Source of the DNA: a virus
Lineage: Duplodnaviria; Caudoviricetes
IMG/VR virus record: IMGVR_UViG_3300032319_000396
Location: 1 to 27,548 of that record
Direction: 5' to 3' (one strand)
DNA length: 27,548 bases
Part shown: one piece after another, positions 9,027 through 16,541 of the stretch
Numbering within the stretch: position 1 is the first letter of the stretch
Layout of the letters: every line of letters starts with the position of its first letter
Position numbers and translations under genes: made by a program
The notes under the pieces: model-generated
What the model saw: the letters and a program-made list of their open reading frames with translations, nothing else
What the model was told of the DNA's origin: nothing
Databases searched by the model: none

Positions 9027-9755
9027 ATGAAAATATTAGCACCAAACGAAATTGGTAAAGGTATATTGGTAGAATATGACGCAGGTTATATATCACCAAC
9101 AGATAAACATAATGCTCAAATAATTAAAGAATCTAAAAATATGTTAGATTACTCTAAACCGTTTGAGTTTTATGCTGTACTACAAAAATACAACACCCCA
9201 AATAGAAACGGAAGAATTTACCCTGAAAAAATATTAAAAAGAGAATCGGAAAACTATAAGAAAGCAATTTCAAAAGGTATTGCATTATCTGAACTAAATC
9301 ACCCCGAATCATCATTGATTGACTTGGATAGAGTTTCTCATATGATAACTGAAGTATGGTGGGAAGGTAATATTCTAATGGGTAAGTTAAAATTATTAAC
9401 ATCACCAGGATTTCACGAAAGAGGTATCATCTCTTGTAAAGGAGATATGGCAGCCAACTACTTAAGACAAGGTGTTACGTTAGGTATATCGTCAAGAGGT
9501 GTTGGTTCTTTGGCTAAGAAAGGAGACCAAAATGAAGTTCAAGACGATTTTGAGTTAATCTGTTTTGATTTGGTATCATCTCCGTCAACACCGGGAGCAT
9601 ATCTTTTCTTAAATCCTGAAGATAGAAATAACTACGAAGAAAATCTTGATGAGGAAAATAAAATGAAAAGAGAAAGAGTATTAGGTGCACAACCTGGTGA
9701 AGGGAACAAATCGCTTGACTTAATGAGAAAATTATCCGATTATTTGGGAAAATAA
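9027..9755 (+). CDS. Prohead core protease (T4 gp21-like)
   Basis: NRNGRIYP, ELNHPE (catalytic His), VSHMIT, LGISSRGVGS (catalytic Ser), FDLVSSPSTPGA. Confidence 0.96.
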   Translation: MKILAPNEIGKGILVEYDAGYISPTDKHNAQIIKESKNMLDYSKPFEFYAVLQKYNTPNRNGRIYPEKILKRESENYKKAISKGIALSELNHPESSLIDLDRVSHMITEVWWEGNILMGKLKLLTSPGFHERGIISCKGDMAANYLRQGVTLGISSRGVGSLAKKGDQNEVQDDFELICFDLVSSPSTPGAYLFLNPEDRNNYEENLDEENKMKRERVLGAQPGEGNKSLDLMRKLSDYLGK

Positions 9756-9760
9756 TAATT

Positions 9761-9973
9761 ATGGATGAAAAGTACTTTGTAGCAAAAATCACTTATGATT
9801 TGCCAGACCCTGAGACAGGGAAGATTAAAAAAATTAGAGAAGAGAAATTAGTTCGTGGATATTCAGTAACTGATGTTGAGGCAAAGGTTACAAAACGATA
9901 CGAAACGTTCTCTCAGGATTGGAGAATTACCTCTGTATCTGAAAGTAAAATTGATGAGGTATTGGAAGTGTAA
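9761..9973 (+). CDS. Small protein resembling one half of Bacteroidota DUF4494
   Basis: YFVAKITY..GKIKKIREEKLVRGYSVTDVEAKV resembles the recalled DUF4494 pattern WFECKIRY..G..KKVTE.YLVDA.SFTEAEARI. Confidence 0.65.
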   Translation: MDEKYFVAKITYDLPDPETGKIKKIREEKLVRGYSVTDVEAKVTKRYETFSQDWRITSVSESKIDEVLEV

Positions 9974-9996
9974 GTAATTCTAAAAAAAATTAAAAT

Positions 9997-10023
9997 AAAA
10001 GGAGACAATATGTCTCCTTTTTT
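9997..10023 (+). terminator. Intrinsic terminator
   Basis: AAAAGGAGACA-ATA-TGTCTCC-TTTTTT. Confidence 0.85.
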
Positions 10024-10035
10024 CGTATGCGGTTA

Positions 10036-10042
10036 TATTTAT
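10036..10042 (+). promoter_or_regulatory. TATTTAT putative late promoter element (distal)
   Basis: Just after the terminator, about 100 nt before the scaffold gene. Confidence 0.4.
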
Positions 10043-10105
10043 TGGAGTAATAAACCGCAATTCAAAAATAAATGGGGGTAAAATACTCCTATAATAAACT
10101 TTTTG

Positions 10106-10125
10106 TATAAATAGAAATATTTATA
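10106..10125 (+). promoter_or_regulatory. TATAAATA-GAAA-TATTTATA inverted pair; putative late promoter of scaffold/capsid
   Basis: Perfect 8-bp inverted repeat 18 nt before ATG 10144. Confidence 0.55.
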
Positions 10126-10143
10126 TAGTAAATTATACTAAAA

Positions 10144-11640
10144 ATGGCAGAAAAAAAATCACTAGTAGAAGAAACATTACTCCAAATGAAAAGTTTGGAA
10201 AATGTGATTTCTGAAAATGCAAAAGGAATACTTCACTCAACAATGAGAGAAGAAATCGGAGAATTAGTAAAAGAGTCCCTTAAAGAGGCTGAAGATGATG
10301 AATCGGAAGACATGGAAACTGAAATGTATGAACAAGATGAAGTTGACATGGAAGATGAGGAATCTGAAGATGAAACTGACGACATGACTGACACAGAAGA
10401 TGACATGGAAGATGAAGACGAATTAGACATGGATGACATGGATGATGAAGAAGAATCTGATATGGACATGACAATGGACGACGAAGACGAAGAACCTATC
10501 GACTTAACAAACGCTTCTGACGAAGAAATTTTAAAGGTATTCAAAGGTATGGGAGAAGAAGATGGTATTATCGTAAAAAAAGACGGTAACACTGTTGATT
10601 TACAAGATACTAATGATGACGCTCATTATAAAATTTCTTTAGGCGAACAATTTGATGACGAAATGGGTATGGAAGATGACGAATTCGGAATGTCTGATAT
10701 GTCAATGGATGATGAAGAAGATGGAGAGGGCTGGACTGATATTTCTTCAGATTCTGAAGACAAATTATCATTCGATGATATGAGTGATATGGGTTCTGAA
10801 GAAGACGAAGGAGTAGTTTATGAAATTGTAATGGACGAAGAAGACGAATCTATGGAAATGGACGAAGAAGACGAATCTATGGAAATGGACGAAGAAGACG
10901 AATCTATGGAAATGGAAGAATCATGGTCTGACGAAGAAGATGAATCCTTAGAAGAAGGGTTTAAACCTAAAGGTAAGGGAATTGGTAAAGCTAAATTTCA
11001 ATACAAAAAAACCAAAGGTGGTTTCAAAGAAACCATGAAACAAGGAACAAAAGGTGTTGGAATGGGTAAACCAAAATTTGAATTTAAAAAAGGTGAAAAC
11101 ATGGGCGGTACAAACAAAATTGTTAAAAAAACCGAAACCAAAGAAGCATCCAGAACTTTAGGTACTGGAAGAAGATTTGGAAAACATGGATTGCCTAAAC
11201 CAAAAGCAGCTCCAAGACATTTGAATGTTGAATCTGTTGAAAGAGAAGTTAAATTACTTAGAGAAAAAAATGAAGAGTACAGAAAAGCACTTAACGTTTT
11301 TAGAAGTAAACTTAACGAAGTTGCGGTTTTCAATTCTAACTTGGCTTATGCTACAAGATTATTTACTGAACATTCAACTACTAAACAGGAAAAAATCAAT
11401 ATCTTAAGAAGATTTGATTCTGTTGAATCCTTAAAAGAGTCAAAATCTCTTTATAAAATTGTTAAAGATGAACTTTCATCTCAAGGTGGTAATAAACTAA
11501 TGAAAGAGTCAATTCAAGAAAAAATTGATAGGACTCCATCATCAGGTTCTGCCGCTAATTTAATTGAGTCAAAAACTTACGAAAATCCTCAATTTATGAG
11601 AATGAAAGATTTGATGTCAAAAATGAACATCATAAAATAA
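10144..11640 (+). CDS. Prohead core scaffolding protein (gp22 position/analogue)
   Basis: Lies between protease and MCP; very acidic low-complexity body, coiled-coil C-terminus (LNEVAVFNSNLAYATRLF), many (L/I)xE sites. Confidence 0.8.
   Translation: MAEKKSLVEETLLQMKSLENVISENAKGILHSTMREEIGELVKESLKEAEDDESEDMETEMYEQDEVDMEDEESEDETDDMTDTEDDMEDEDELDMDDMDDEEESDMDMTMDDEDEEPIDLTNASDEEILKVFKGMGEEDGIIVKKDGNTVDLQDTNDDAHYKISLGEQFDDEMGMEDDEFGMSDMSMDDEEDGEGWTDISSDSEDKLSFDDMSDMGSEEDEGVVYEIVMDEEDESMEMDEEDESMEMDEEDESMEMEESWSDEEDESLEEGFKPKGKGIGKAKFQYKKTKGGFKETMKQGTKGVGMGKPKFEFKKGENMGGTNKIVKKTETKEASRTLGTGRRFGKHGLPKPKAAPRHLNVESVEREVKLLREKNEEYRKALNVFRSKLNEVAVFNSNLAYATRLFTEHSTTKQEKINILRRFDSVESLKESKSLYKIVKDELSSQGGNKLMKESIQEKIDRTPSSGSAANLIESKTYENPQFMRMKDLMSKMNIIK
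10831..10911 (+). repeat. 27-bp perfect tandem repeat x3 (ATGGACGAAGAAGACGAATCTATGGAA; MDEEDESME)
   Basis: Exact copies at 10831-10857, 10858-10884 and 10885-10911. Confidence 0.95.
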
Positions 11641-11670
11641 ACTAAAAAAAAAAACTAAATAAAAATTAAA

Positions 11671-13476
11671 ATGGGAGCATTATTAGAAAGCGGTCTTGTT
11701 GGTAACATTGGTCTTAAGCACCTTAAAGTTATCAAAGAAGACACAATCAGCAAATGGGACAAATTAGGATTCCTTGAGGGTCTTAAAGGTCACCTTAAAG
11801 AGAACGTTGCACAGTTATACGAAAACCAAGCATCATTCTTAATCAACGAAGCATCTGCAACAGATTCTTCAGGTTCTTTTGAAACAGTTGTATTTCCAAT
11901 TGTAAGAAGAGTATTCTCTAAACTTTTGGCAAACGATATCGTTTCTGTACAAGCTATGAACTTACCAATCGGTAAATTGTTCTACTTCGTACCTAAAATT
12001 CAAGGTTACACTGGCGGTTCAGCAAACCAATCAGGTACACACTACGCACCAATTGGTTCACCTGGTAACTACCCTGGTAATCAAAACGCAGGTTATACTG
12101 GTTCAGGCGCTTACGCTAAAAATCTTTATGATTTATTCTATGAAGGAGCTGAACCTACATTGAATCCTGCAGGTTTGTTTGACTATTCTAAAGGTCAATG
12201 GTCTGCAATAACTGCTGACACAACTGTGGTATCTTGGTCAAATGGTACTTTAGTACCAAATAACTCAATCACAGGAAATCAAAGAAAAATGATTATCAAA
12301 ATGTGTGGTTTCTATGATAATGGTGTTGGTAAATTAATGGGACCTGATGGTTCTGAAATTGATACTGAAACTTTCTTATCTGATTTACATATTGTTGCAG
12401 GTACTGGTATAACAGTTTCTGCCGGTTGTGTTGACACAACTGCAGCAGCTTTACCATTCAGAGTTGTAACTCAACAATATGGTAAAGGTATTGTAAGTCC
12501 TACTTACACTGCTACTCCAACTACATGGCCAAATGGTAATGGTGGTACTTATGACAGTATCTGTTCTCAAGATGGTTGTATCATTTTGGAAGTTGATTTA
12601 CAGTGTCCTGTATGTGCAACTTGTGGAGCTGACTCATTAGACGGTTACACAGGTACTACAGTAGTATCAGCAGCTTCTGCCACTTCATTCGTAGCCGTTT
12701 TCAGACGTTATGAAGAATTGGAATTTGAAGATAAAATTGGTGAAGTTTCTTTTGACCTTGAATCAGTAACAGTTTCTGTAACTGAAAGAAAATTAAGAGC
12801 ACAATGGTCACCTGAATTGGCACAAGACGTTGCGGCTTTCCACAACATCGACGCTGAAGCTGAATTAACGGCTTTATTGTCTGAACAAGTTGCTGCTGAA
12901 ATTGACCGTGAAATCTTACGTGATTTACGTAAAGGAGCTGCATGGACAATTCGTTGGGACTACAATGGTTGGAAGAGATTATCTCAAACAACTTCTTATA
13001 CTCAAAAAGATTGGAATCAAACTTTGATTACAGCAATCAATCAACTTTCAGCACAAATCCACAAATCAACTTTGAGAGGTGGTGCAAACTGGATAGTTGT
13101 TTCTTCTGAAATCAGTGCAATTTTTGATGATTTGGAATATTTCCACGTATCAAACGCAGCACCTGAGCAAGACCAATACAACATGGGTATTGAAAGAGTA
13201 GGTACTTTAGCAGGTCGTTACCAAGTTTATCGTGACCCTTACTTCCCAGCAAACACAGTTTTGATTGGACACAAAGGAACATCATTGTTAGATACAGGTT
13301 ACATCTACGCACCGTATGTACCTCTACAATTAACTCCAACTATGTACAATCCGTTCAACTTTACCCCAATTAAGGGTATTATGACGAGATACGCTAAGAA
13401 AATGGTTAATAACCGTTTCTATGGTAAAATCACAGTTGATGGTGTTAGAACATTTGATTTACAAGAATTGAGATAA
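11671..13476 (+). CDS. Major capsid protein (T4 gp23-like)
   Basis: FPIVRRVF..LANDIVSVQAMNLPIGKLFY, RKLRAQWSPELAQDV.AFH.IDAEAELTALLSEQVAAEIDREI, GYIYAPYVPL, FTPIKGIMTRY. Confidence 0.97.
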   Translation: MGALLESGLVGNIGLKHLKVIKEDTISKWDKLGFLEGLKGHLKENVAQLYENQASFLINEASATDSSGSFETVVFPIVRRVFSKLLANDIVSVQAMNLPIGKLFYFVPKIQGYTGGSANQSGTHYAPIGSPGNYPGNQNAGYTGSGAYAKNLYDLFYEGAEPTLNPAGLFDYSKGQWSAITADTTVVSWSNGTLVPNNSITGNQRKMIIKMCGFYDNGVGKLMGPDGSEIDTETFLSDLHIVAGTGITVSAGCVDTTAAALPFRVVTQQYGKGIVSPTYTATPTTWPNGNGGTYDSICSQDGCIILEVDLQCPVCATCGADSLDGYTGTTVVSAASATSFVAVFRRYEELEFEDKIGEVSFDLESVTVSVTERKLRAQWSPELAQDVAAFHNIDAEAELTALLSEQVAAEIDREILRDLRKGAAWTIRWDYNGWKRLSQTTSYTQKDWNQTLITAINQLSAQIHKSTLRGGANWIVVSSEISAIFDDLEYFHVSNAAPEQDQYNMGIERVGTLAGRYQVYRDPYFPANTVLIGHKGTSLLDTGYIYAPYVPLQLTPTMYNPFNFTPIKGIMTRYAKKMVNNRFYGKITVDGVRTFDLQELR

Positions 13477-13496
13477 TCATTCTTTAATGAAAATAC

Positions 13497-13529
13497 AAAA
13501 GGAGACAAGAAATTGTCTCCTTTTTTTTT
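13497..13529. terminator. Intrinsic terminator, probably bidirectional
   Basis: AAAAGGAGACAA-GAAA-TTGTCTCC-T9 between the convergent MCP gene and the gene ending at 13528. Confidence 0.9.
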
Positions 13530-13806
13530 AATTAGTTGGTGAAGAAACCACTCTAATTGCTTTTGATAATAATTCGGTTTCAGTTATATTATAAGCATTT
13601 CTTTTGAATGCTGATTGACACGCTTGTAGTATACAATATAAAGCTTGTTCTTGATTAAGATTAGATATAAATCTATCTAAATCTTCATTTTTGTAGTAAT
13701 TCATTGTATCAAATAAGACACCGATTGGTTCTCCAAGAGTTGGTTCTTCTACTTTATTTTCCTCAACTATAGGTTCTTCTGTTTTAACTTCTTTTTCTTT
13801 TGCCAT
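13528..13806 (-). CDS. Hypothetical protein (92 aa)
   Basis: Start placed at ATG 13806 (MAKEKEV); the longer ORF-track start overlaps the divergent gene. Confidence 0.7.
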   Translation of the reverse strand: MAKEKEVKTEEPIVEENKVEEPTLGEPIGVLFDTMNYYKNEDLDRFISNLNQEQALYCILQACQSAFKRNAYNITETELLSKAIRVVSSPTN

Positions 13807-13826
13807 ATTATTTATTTTTTTTGTGA

Positions 13827-13834
13827 TATTTATA
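13827..13834 (+). promoter_or_regulatory. TATTTATA putative late promoter element
   Basis: 22 nt before ATG 13857, in a divergent intergenic gap. Confidence 0.5.
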
Positions 13835-13856
13835 ATTATAAAAAATTTTTCACTTA

Positions 13857-14576
13857 ATGTCAATCAAAGAATTAAATAGAGAGTTATTAGAATGGTATAA
13901 AGAGGATAAATTGTTAACTGAAGCCACAGGAACAAATGGTTCAGGTTCTTTTAAAATTCCTTTAAGTCCCGGAACAAGATTATGGGATAAAACAAATTTA
14001 GACCCATTTAATATTCAAGTTTCAAAATATGATGATGCTCAATTGGCGTATGATAGTTATGATGGTTCTTTAGACGTTTCAAAAAAAACTGCAAAAAAAC
14101 TAGAGTCAAAAGCACGTAAAATTGAAAAATACGAAAAAAAACACCCCAATAATAGTGATGATGATGGTGATAACTTAAATGGCGGTAACGGACCTGGAAA
14201 CCCTGTAGCACCATTTAATAAAATTGTTAAAGAAGATTTGGCGGTTTGGTTTGGAACAAAAAAGAAACCTAAAGGTAGTAAACAACCAAAAGGGCCTTGG
14301 GTTAATATTTGTCGTCATAAAGAAGGTGGTGGTCATCCCCCATGTGGTAGACCTGACGCATCTGACAAAGGGTACCCTAAATGTAGGGCGGCAGGTGTCG
14401 CATCAAAAATGACAGATTCTCAAAAAAGAAGTGCGTGTCAACAAAAAAGAAACGCTGAGAAAACTCATAATAAGTCAGGAACTGGAAACTCTCCAAAAAT
14501 GACACATTACAAACCGAAAAAAGAATCGGTGAGAGATAACATTTTAAGTGTTATTAAAGAGTATCTATCAAGATAA
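13857..14576 (+). CDS. Hypothetical protein with a basic Cys-containing C-terminal module; putative internal virion protein
   Basis: LLTEA and IVKED junctions; WF..WVNIC..PCGR..YPKCR module. Confidence 0.75.
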   Translation: MSIKELNRELLEWYKEDKLLTEATGTNGSGSFKIPLSPGTRLWDKTNLDPFNIQVSKYDDAQLAYDSYDGSLDVSKKTAKKLESKARKIEKYEKKHPNNSDDDGDNLNGGNGPGNPVAPFNKIVKEDLAVWFGTKKKPKGSKQPKGPWVNICRHKEGGGHPPCGRPDASDKGYPKCRAAGVASKMTDSQKRSACQQKRNAEKTHNKSGTGNSPKMTHYKPKKESVRDNILSVIKEYLSR

Positions 14577-14972
14577 ACTTGCCAATATTTTCTTTAAGGA
14601 ATGTTGAATATTAGATTTTATTTCATTCTCCAACTCTAATCTTTTTGTCTCAACTTCGTTATCAAACATTTTAATCAATTCTTCATATTTTTCATAATTT
14701 TCACAATAAATATTATAACTATATACGTGATTTATTAACATAATTCCACCTTTTCCAATAACAATAAACATACTACTTTCATCATTTTTAATGTATCTTT
14801 TATTAGATAGCGGTGCGATTGTTAATTTTGATTGCGGATTGTTAATTAGTTTCTCACATATCTCATAACAGAATTTTTCTTCCTCACTTATTTGTCTTGG
14901 GGGGTCAAATTTATTTTTTAAATGAAGATAAATTTTATGTAAAATGTTTTTAGAGGTATTATTTGTTTTCAT
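14568..14972 (-). CDS. Hypothetical protein (134 aa)
   Basis: Clean ORF preceded by TATATTTG. Confidence 0.75.
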   Translation of the reverse strand: MKTNNTSKNILHKIYLHLKNKFDPPRQISEEEKFCYEICEKLINNPQSKLTIAPLSNKRYIKNDESSMFIVIGKGGIMLINHVYSYNIYCENYEKYEELIKMFDNEVETKRLELENEIKSNIQHSLKKILASLS

Positions 14973-14976
14973 GAGA

Positions 14977-14984
14977 CAAATATA
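14977..14984 (-). promoter_or_regulatory. Bacteroidota-type -7 element TATATTTG
   Basis: Perfect TAnnTTTG 4 nt before ATG 14972 on the minus strand. Confidence 0.55.
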
Positions 14985-15008
14985 AAAATATTTTTTGAAT
15001 AAATTAAA

Positions 15009-15040
15009 GTTGATTATTTAATATAATTAACTTACCTTTA
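15009..15040 (+). promoter_or_regulatory. Host-type promoter candidate GTTG-N20-TACCTTTA
   Basis: Same geometry as 8473-8504; upstream of the PPIase gene. Confidence 0.45.
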
Positions 15041-15054
15041 TTAAAATAAATATT

Positions 15055-15480
15055 ATGAAAAAAATTAAAAACGGAGATACCGTAAATGTGAATTACACAG
15101 GAAAATTGGAAGATGGTACTATTTTTGATTCTTCTTTGATTGAAGGAAGAACACCATTAAAAGTTACATTGGGTCAAAATCAATTAATTAAAGGTTTTGA
15201 AAATGGTTTAATTGATATGTTAGAGGGAGACAAAAAAACAGTTGAGATTGAGCCAATGGATGCCTATGGTGACCATAACCCTGAAATGATTATTGAAATC
15301 CCATCAACAAATGTTCCACCTGATGTTCAAGTGGGTCAAATGTTACAAGGAAATTCCCCTCAAGGACCTGTTAATGTCAAAGTTGTTGAAATTAAAGAAG
15401 ATGTTGTCGTTCTTGACGGTAATCATCCTTTAGCAGGAAAAAAATTAATCTTTGACTTGGAAGTCGTTGGAATTGACTAA
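15055..15480 (+). CDS. FKBP-type peptidyl-prolyl cis-trans isomerase (SlyD/SlpA-like, with IF domain, no His-rich tail)
   Basis: GDTVNVNYTGKLEDGTIFDSS, LGQNQLIKGFENGLIDM, IEPMDAYG, LDGNHPLAGKKLIFDLEVV. Confidence 0.95.
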   Translation: MKKIKNGDTVNVNYTGKLEDGTIFDSSLIEGRTPLKVTLGQNQLIKGFENGLIDMLEGDKKTVEIEPMDAYGDHNPEMIIEIPSTNVPPDVQVGQMLQGNSPQGPVNVKVVEIKEDVVVLDGNHPLAGKKLIFDLEVVGID

Positions 15481-15487
15481 AAAAACT

Positions 15488-15514
15488 AAACCCCTCGAAT
15501 TCGAGGGGTTTTTT
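15488..15514. terminator. Intrinsic terminator (perfect 24-bp palindrome plus T tract)
   Basis: AAACCCCTCGAATTCGAGGGGTTT-TTT between the convergent PPIase and HNH genes. Confidence 0.85.
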
Positions 15515-15520
15515 AATTTC

Positions 15521-16003
15521 TTAACAATTAAGTAGTTTTAAGAACTCTAACCAAGTGTCTAAATCATTTTCATTTCTACCAATATTCGCCGAATAACAAG
15601 ATAATACCACATTATCTTTAACATATCCTTTATTCCTATCTAATCTATCTAATGATGGTTGTTGGGGATGTTTACCTTTGTTAGAGGGAACCAATGGTAT
15701 TTTGAACCAATAACATAAACCATTTTGGTTTTCAAACATTTCATTTATATCGTCAACAATTAAAGTATTTTCAACACCTCTATGTTTAGAATCGTGAATT
15801 AAAGTATTCTGCCATAATCTAACTCTTCTTTCTTTTTGTTTTTGACCTTCAGATTTCCTGAATTCAATATTTTCTCTTTTTTGTTTTTTATATTTTCTCC
15901 CAAATTTTAAAAAACAACTAATACATTTTTTTCCTGATTGTGATTTATAAAAATCATCAATACTTTTTGTTTCATTACAGAAGTTACAAGTTTTTATATC
16001 CAT
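15521..16003 (-). CDS. HNH-like endonuclease with N-terminal zinc finger (probable homing endonuclease)
   Basis: CNFCNETKSIDDFYK..CISC finger; QNGLCYW..PSLDRLDRNKGYVKDNVVLSC..AN nuclease-type motif. Start placed at ATG 16003. Confidence 0.75.
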   Translation of the reverse strand: MDIKTCNFCNETKSIDDFYKSQSGKKCISCFLKFGRKYKKQKRENIEFRKSEGQKQKERRVRLWQNTLIHDSKHRGVENTLIVDDINEMFENQNGLCYWFKIPLVPSNKGKHPQQPSLDRLDRNKGYVKDNVVLSCYSANIGRNENDLDTWLEFLKLLNC

Positions 16004-16006
16004 ACA

Positions 16007-16014
16007 TATAAATA
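16007..16014 (-). promoter_or_regulatory. TATTTATA putative late promoter element
   Basis: 3 nt before ATG 16003 on the minus strand. Confidence 0.5.
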
Positions 16015-16035
16015 TATGGATATACATTAAAAGAC

Positions 16036-16065
16036 AAAAAAAAGGTAAAAAAACTTTTACCTTTT
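16036..16065 (-). terminator. Intrinsic terminator of the minus-strand structural operon
   Basis: AAAAGGTAAAA-AAAC-TTTTACCTTTT with an 8-nt A run giving a minus-strand U tract, just past the stop at 16073. Confidence 0.7.
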
Positions 16066-16072
16066 AAAAATT

Positions 16073-16540
16073 TTAACAGTAAGGAGGTGAACATTTTTTC
16101 TTGCCATCCATTCCGGGTTGTTTACCTTTACATACTTGTACTCCGTAACCGTTCGAATAAGCTGAGGGGTGAACTTTAAATTTTCCTTTAGCGGCGGCTA
16201 ATCCACGAGCACATAATTTAGTACCCGTTTTTTTTCTACCCTCTTCCATCATACCCATATCTTGTGACATATCAGAATCACCTTTTTTTGTTTCATTCAT
16301 TAAGAAATCAAACACTTGGTCCATATTATTTTTTGCTTCGGCAATGTGGTCTTGAGCCCAATCGTGACCATTAGATAAAATTTCTTCAATTTTATTTTCA
16401 TCCATATCTAATAACATTTCACATTGTCTTTTCATTTGTTCTAAATTACTAAAGAACATGTATCTTTCATTTTCTTGTTCAGATAGAACTTTTTTTATTA
16501 ATTTCTGAATATCTGATTCAGTTAGTTTTACAATTTTCAT
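16073..16540 (-). CDS. Putative internal virion protein (155 aa)
   Basis: N-terminal KLTESDIQKLIKKVLSEQ leader; HDWAQDHIAEAK helical module; C-terminal basic LCARG..KFKVHPSAYSNG..VQVCKG module. Confidence 0.75.
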   Translation of the reverse strand: MKIVKLTESDIQKLIKKVLSEQENERYMFFSNLEQMKRQCEMLLDMDENKIEEILSNGHDWAQDHIAEAKNNMDQVFDFLMNETKKGDSDMSQDMGMMEEGRKKTGTKLCARGLAAAKGKFKVHPSAYSNGYGVQVCKGKQPGMDGKKKCSPPYC

Positions 16541-16541
16541 T

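Noticed and set aside
9974-10143. tRNA in the largest intergenic gap
   Set aside because: No cloverleaf, T-loop GTTCRA or acceptor stem; no other gap looks tRNA-like.
10831-10911. 27-bp repeats as a CRISPR array
   Set aside because: Head-to-tail with no spacers, and in frame within a CDS.
10233-11407. Ser-rich antisense and off-frame ORFs inside the scaffold gene
   Set aside because: Reverse complement of GAA/GAT/ATG-rich codons lacks stops; no independent signals.
3858-13476. Introns or inteins in terL, portal or MCP
   Set aside because: Frames are uninterrupted and no intein-like termini were seen; the MCP insertion is T/S/G-rich rather than intein-like.
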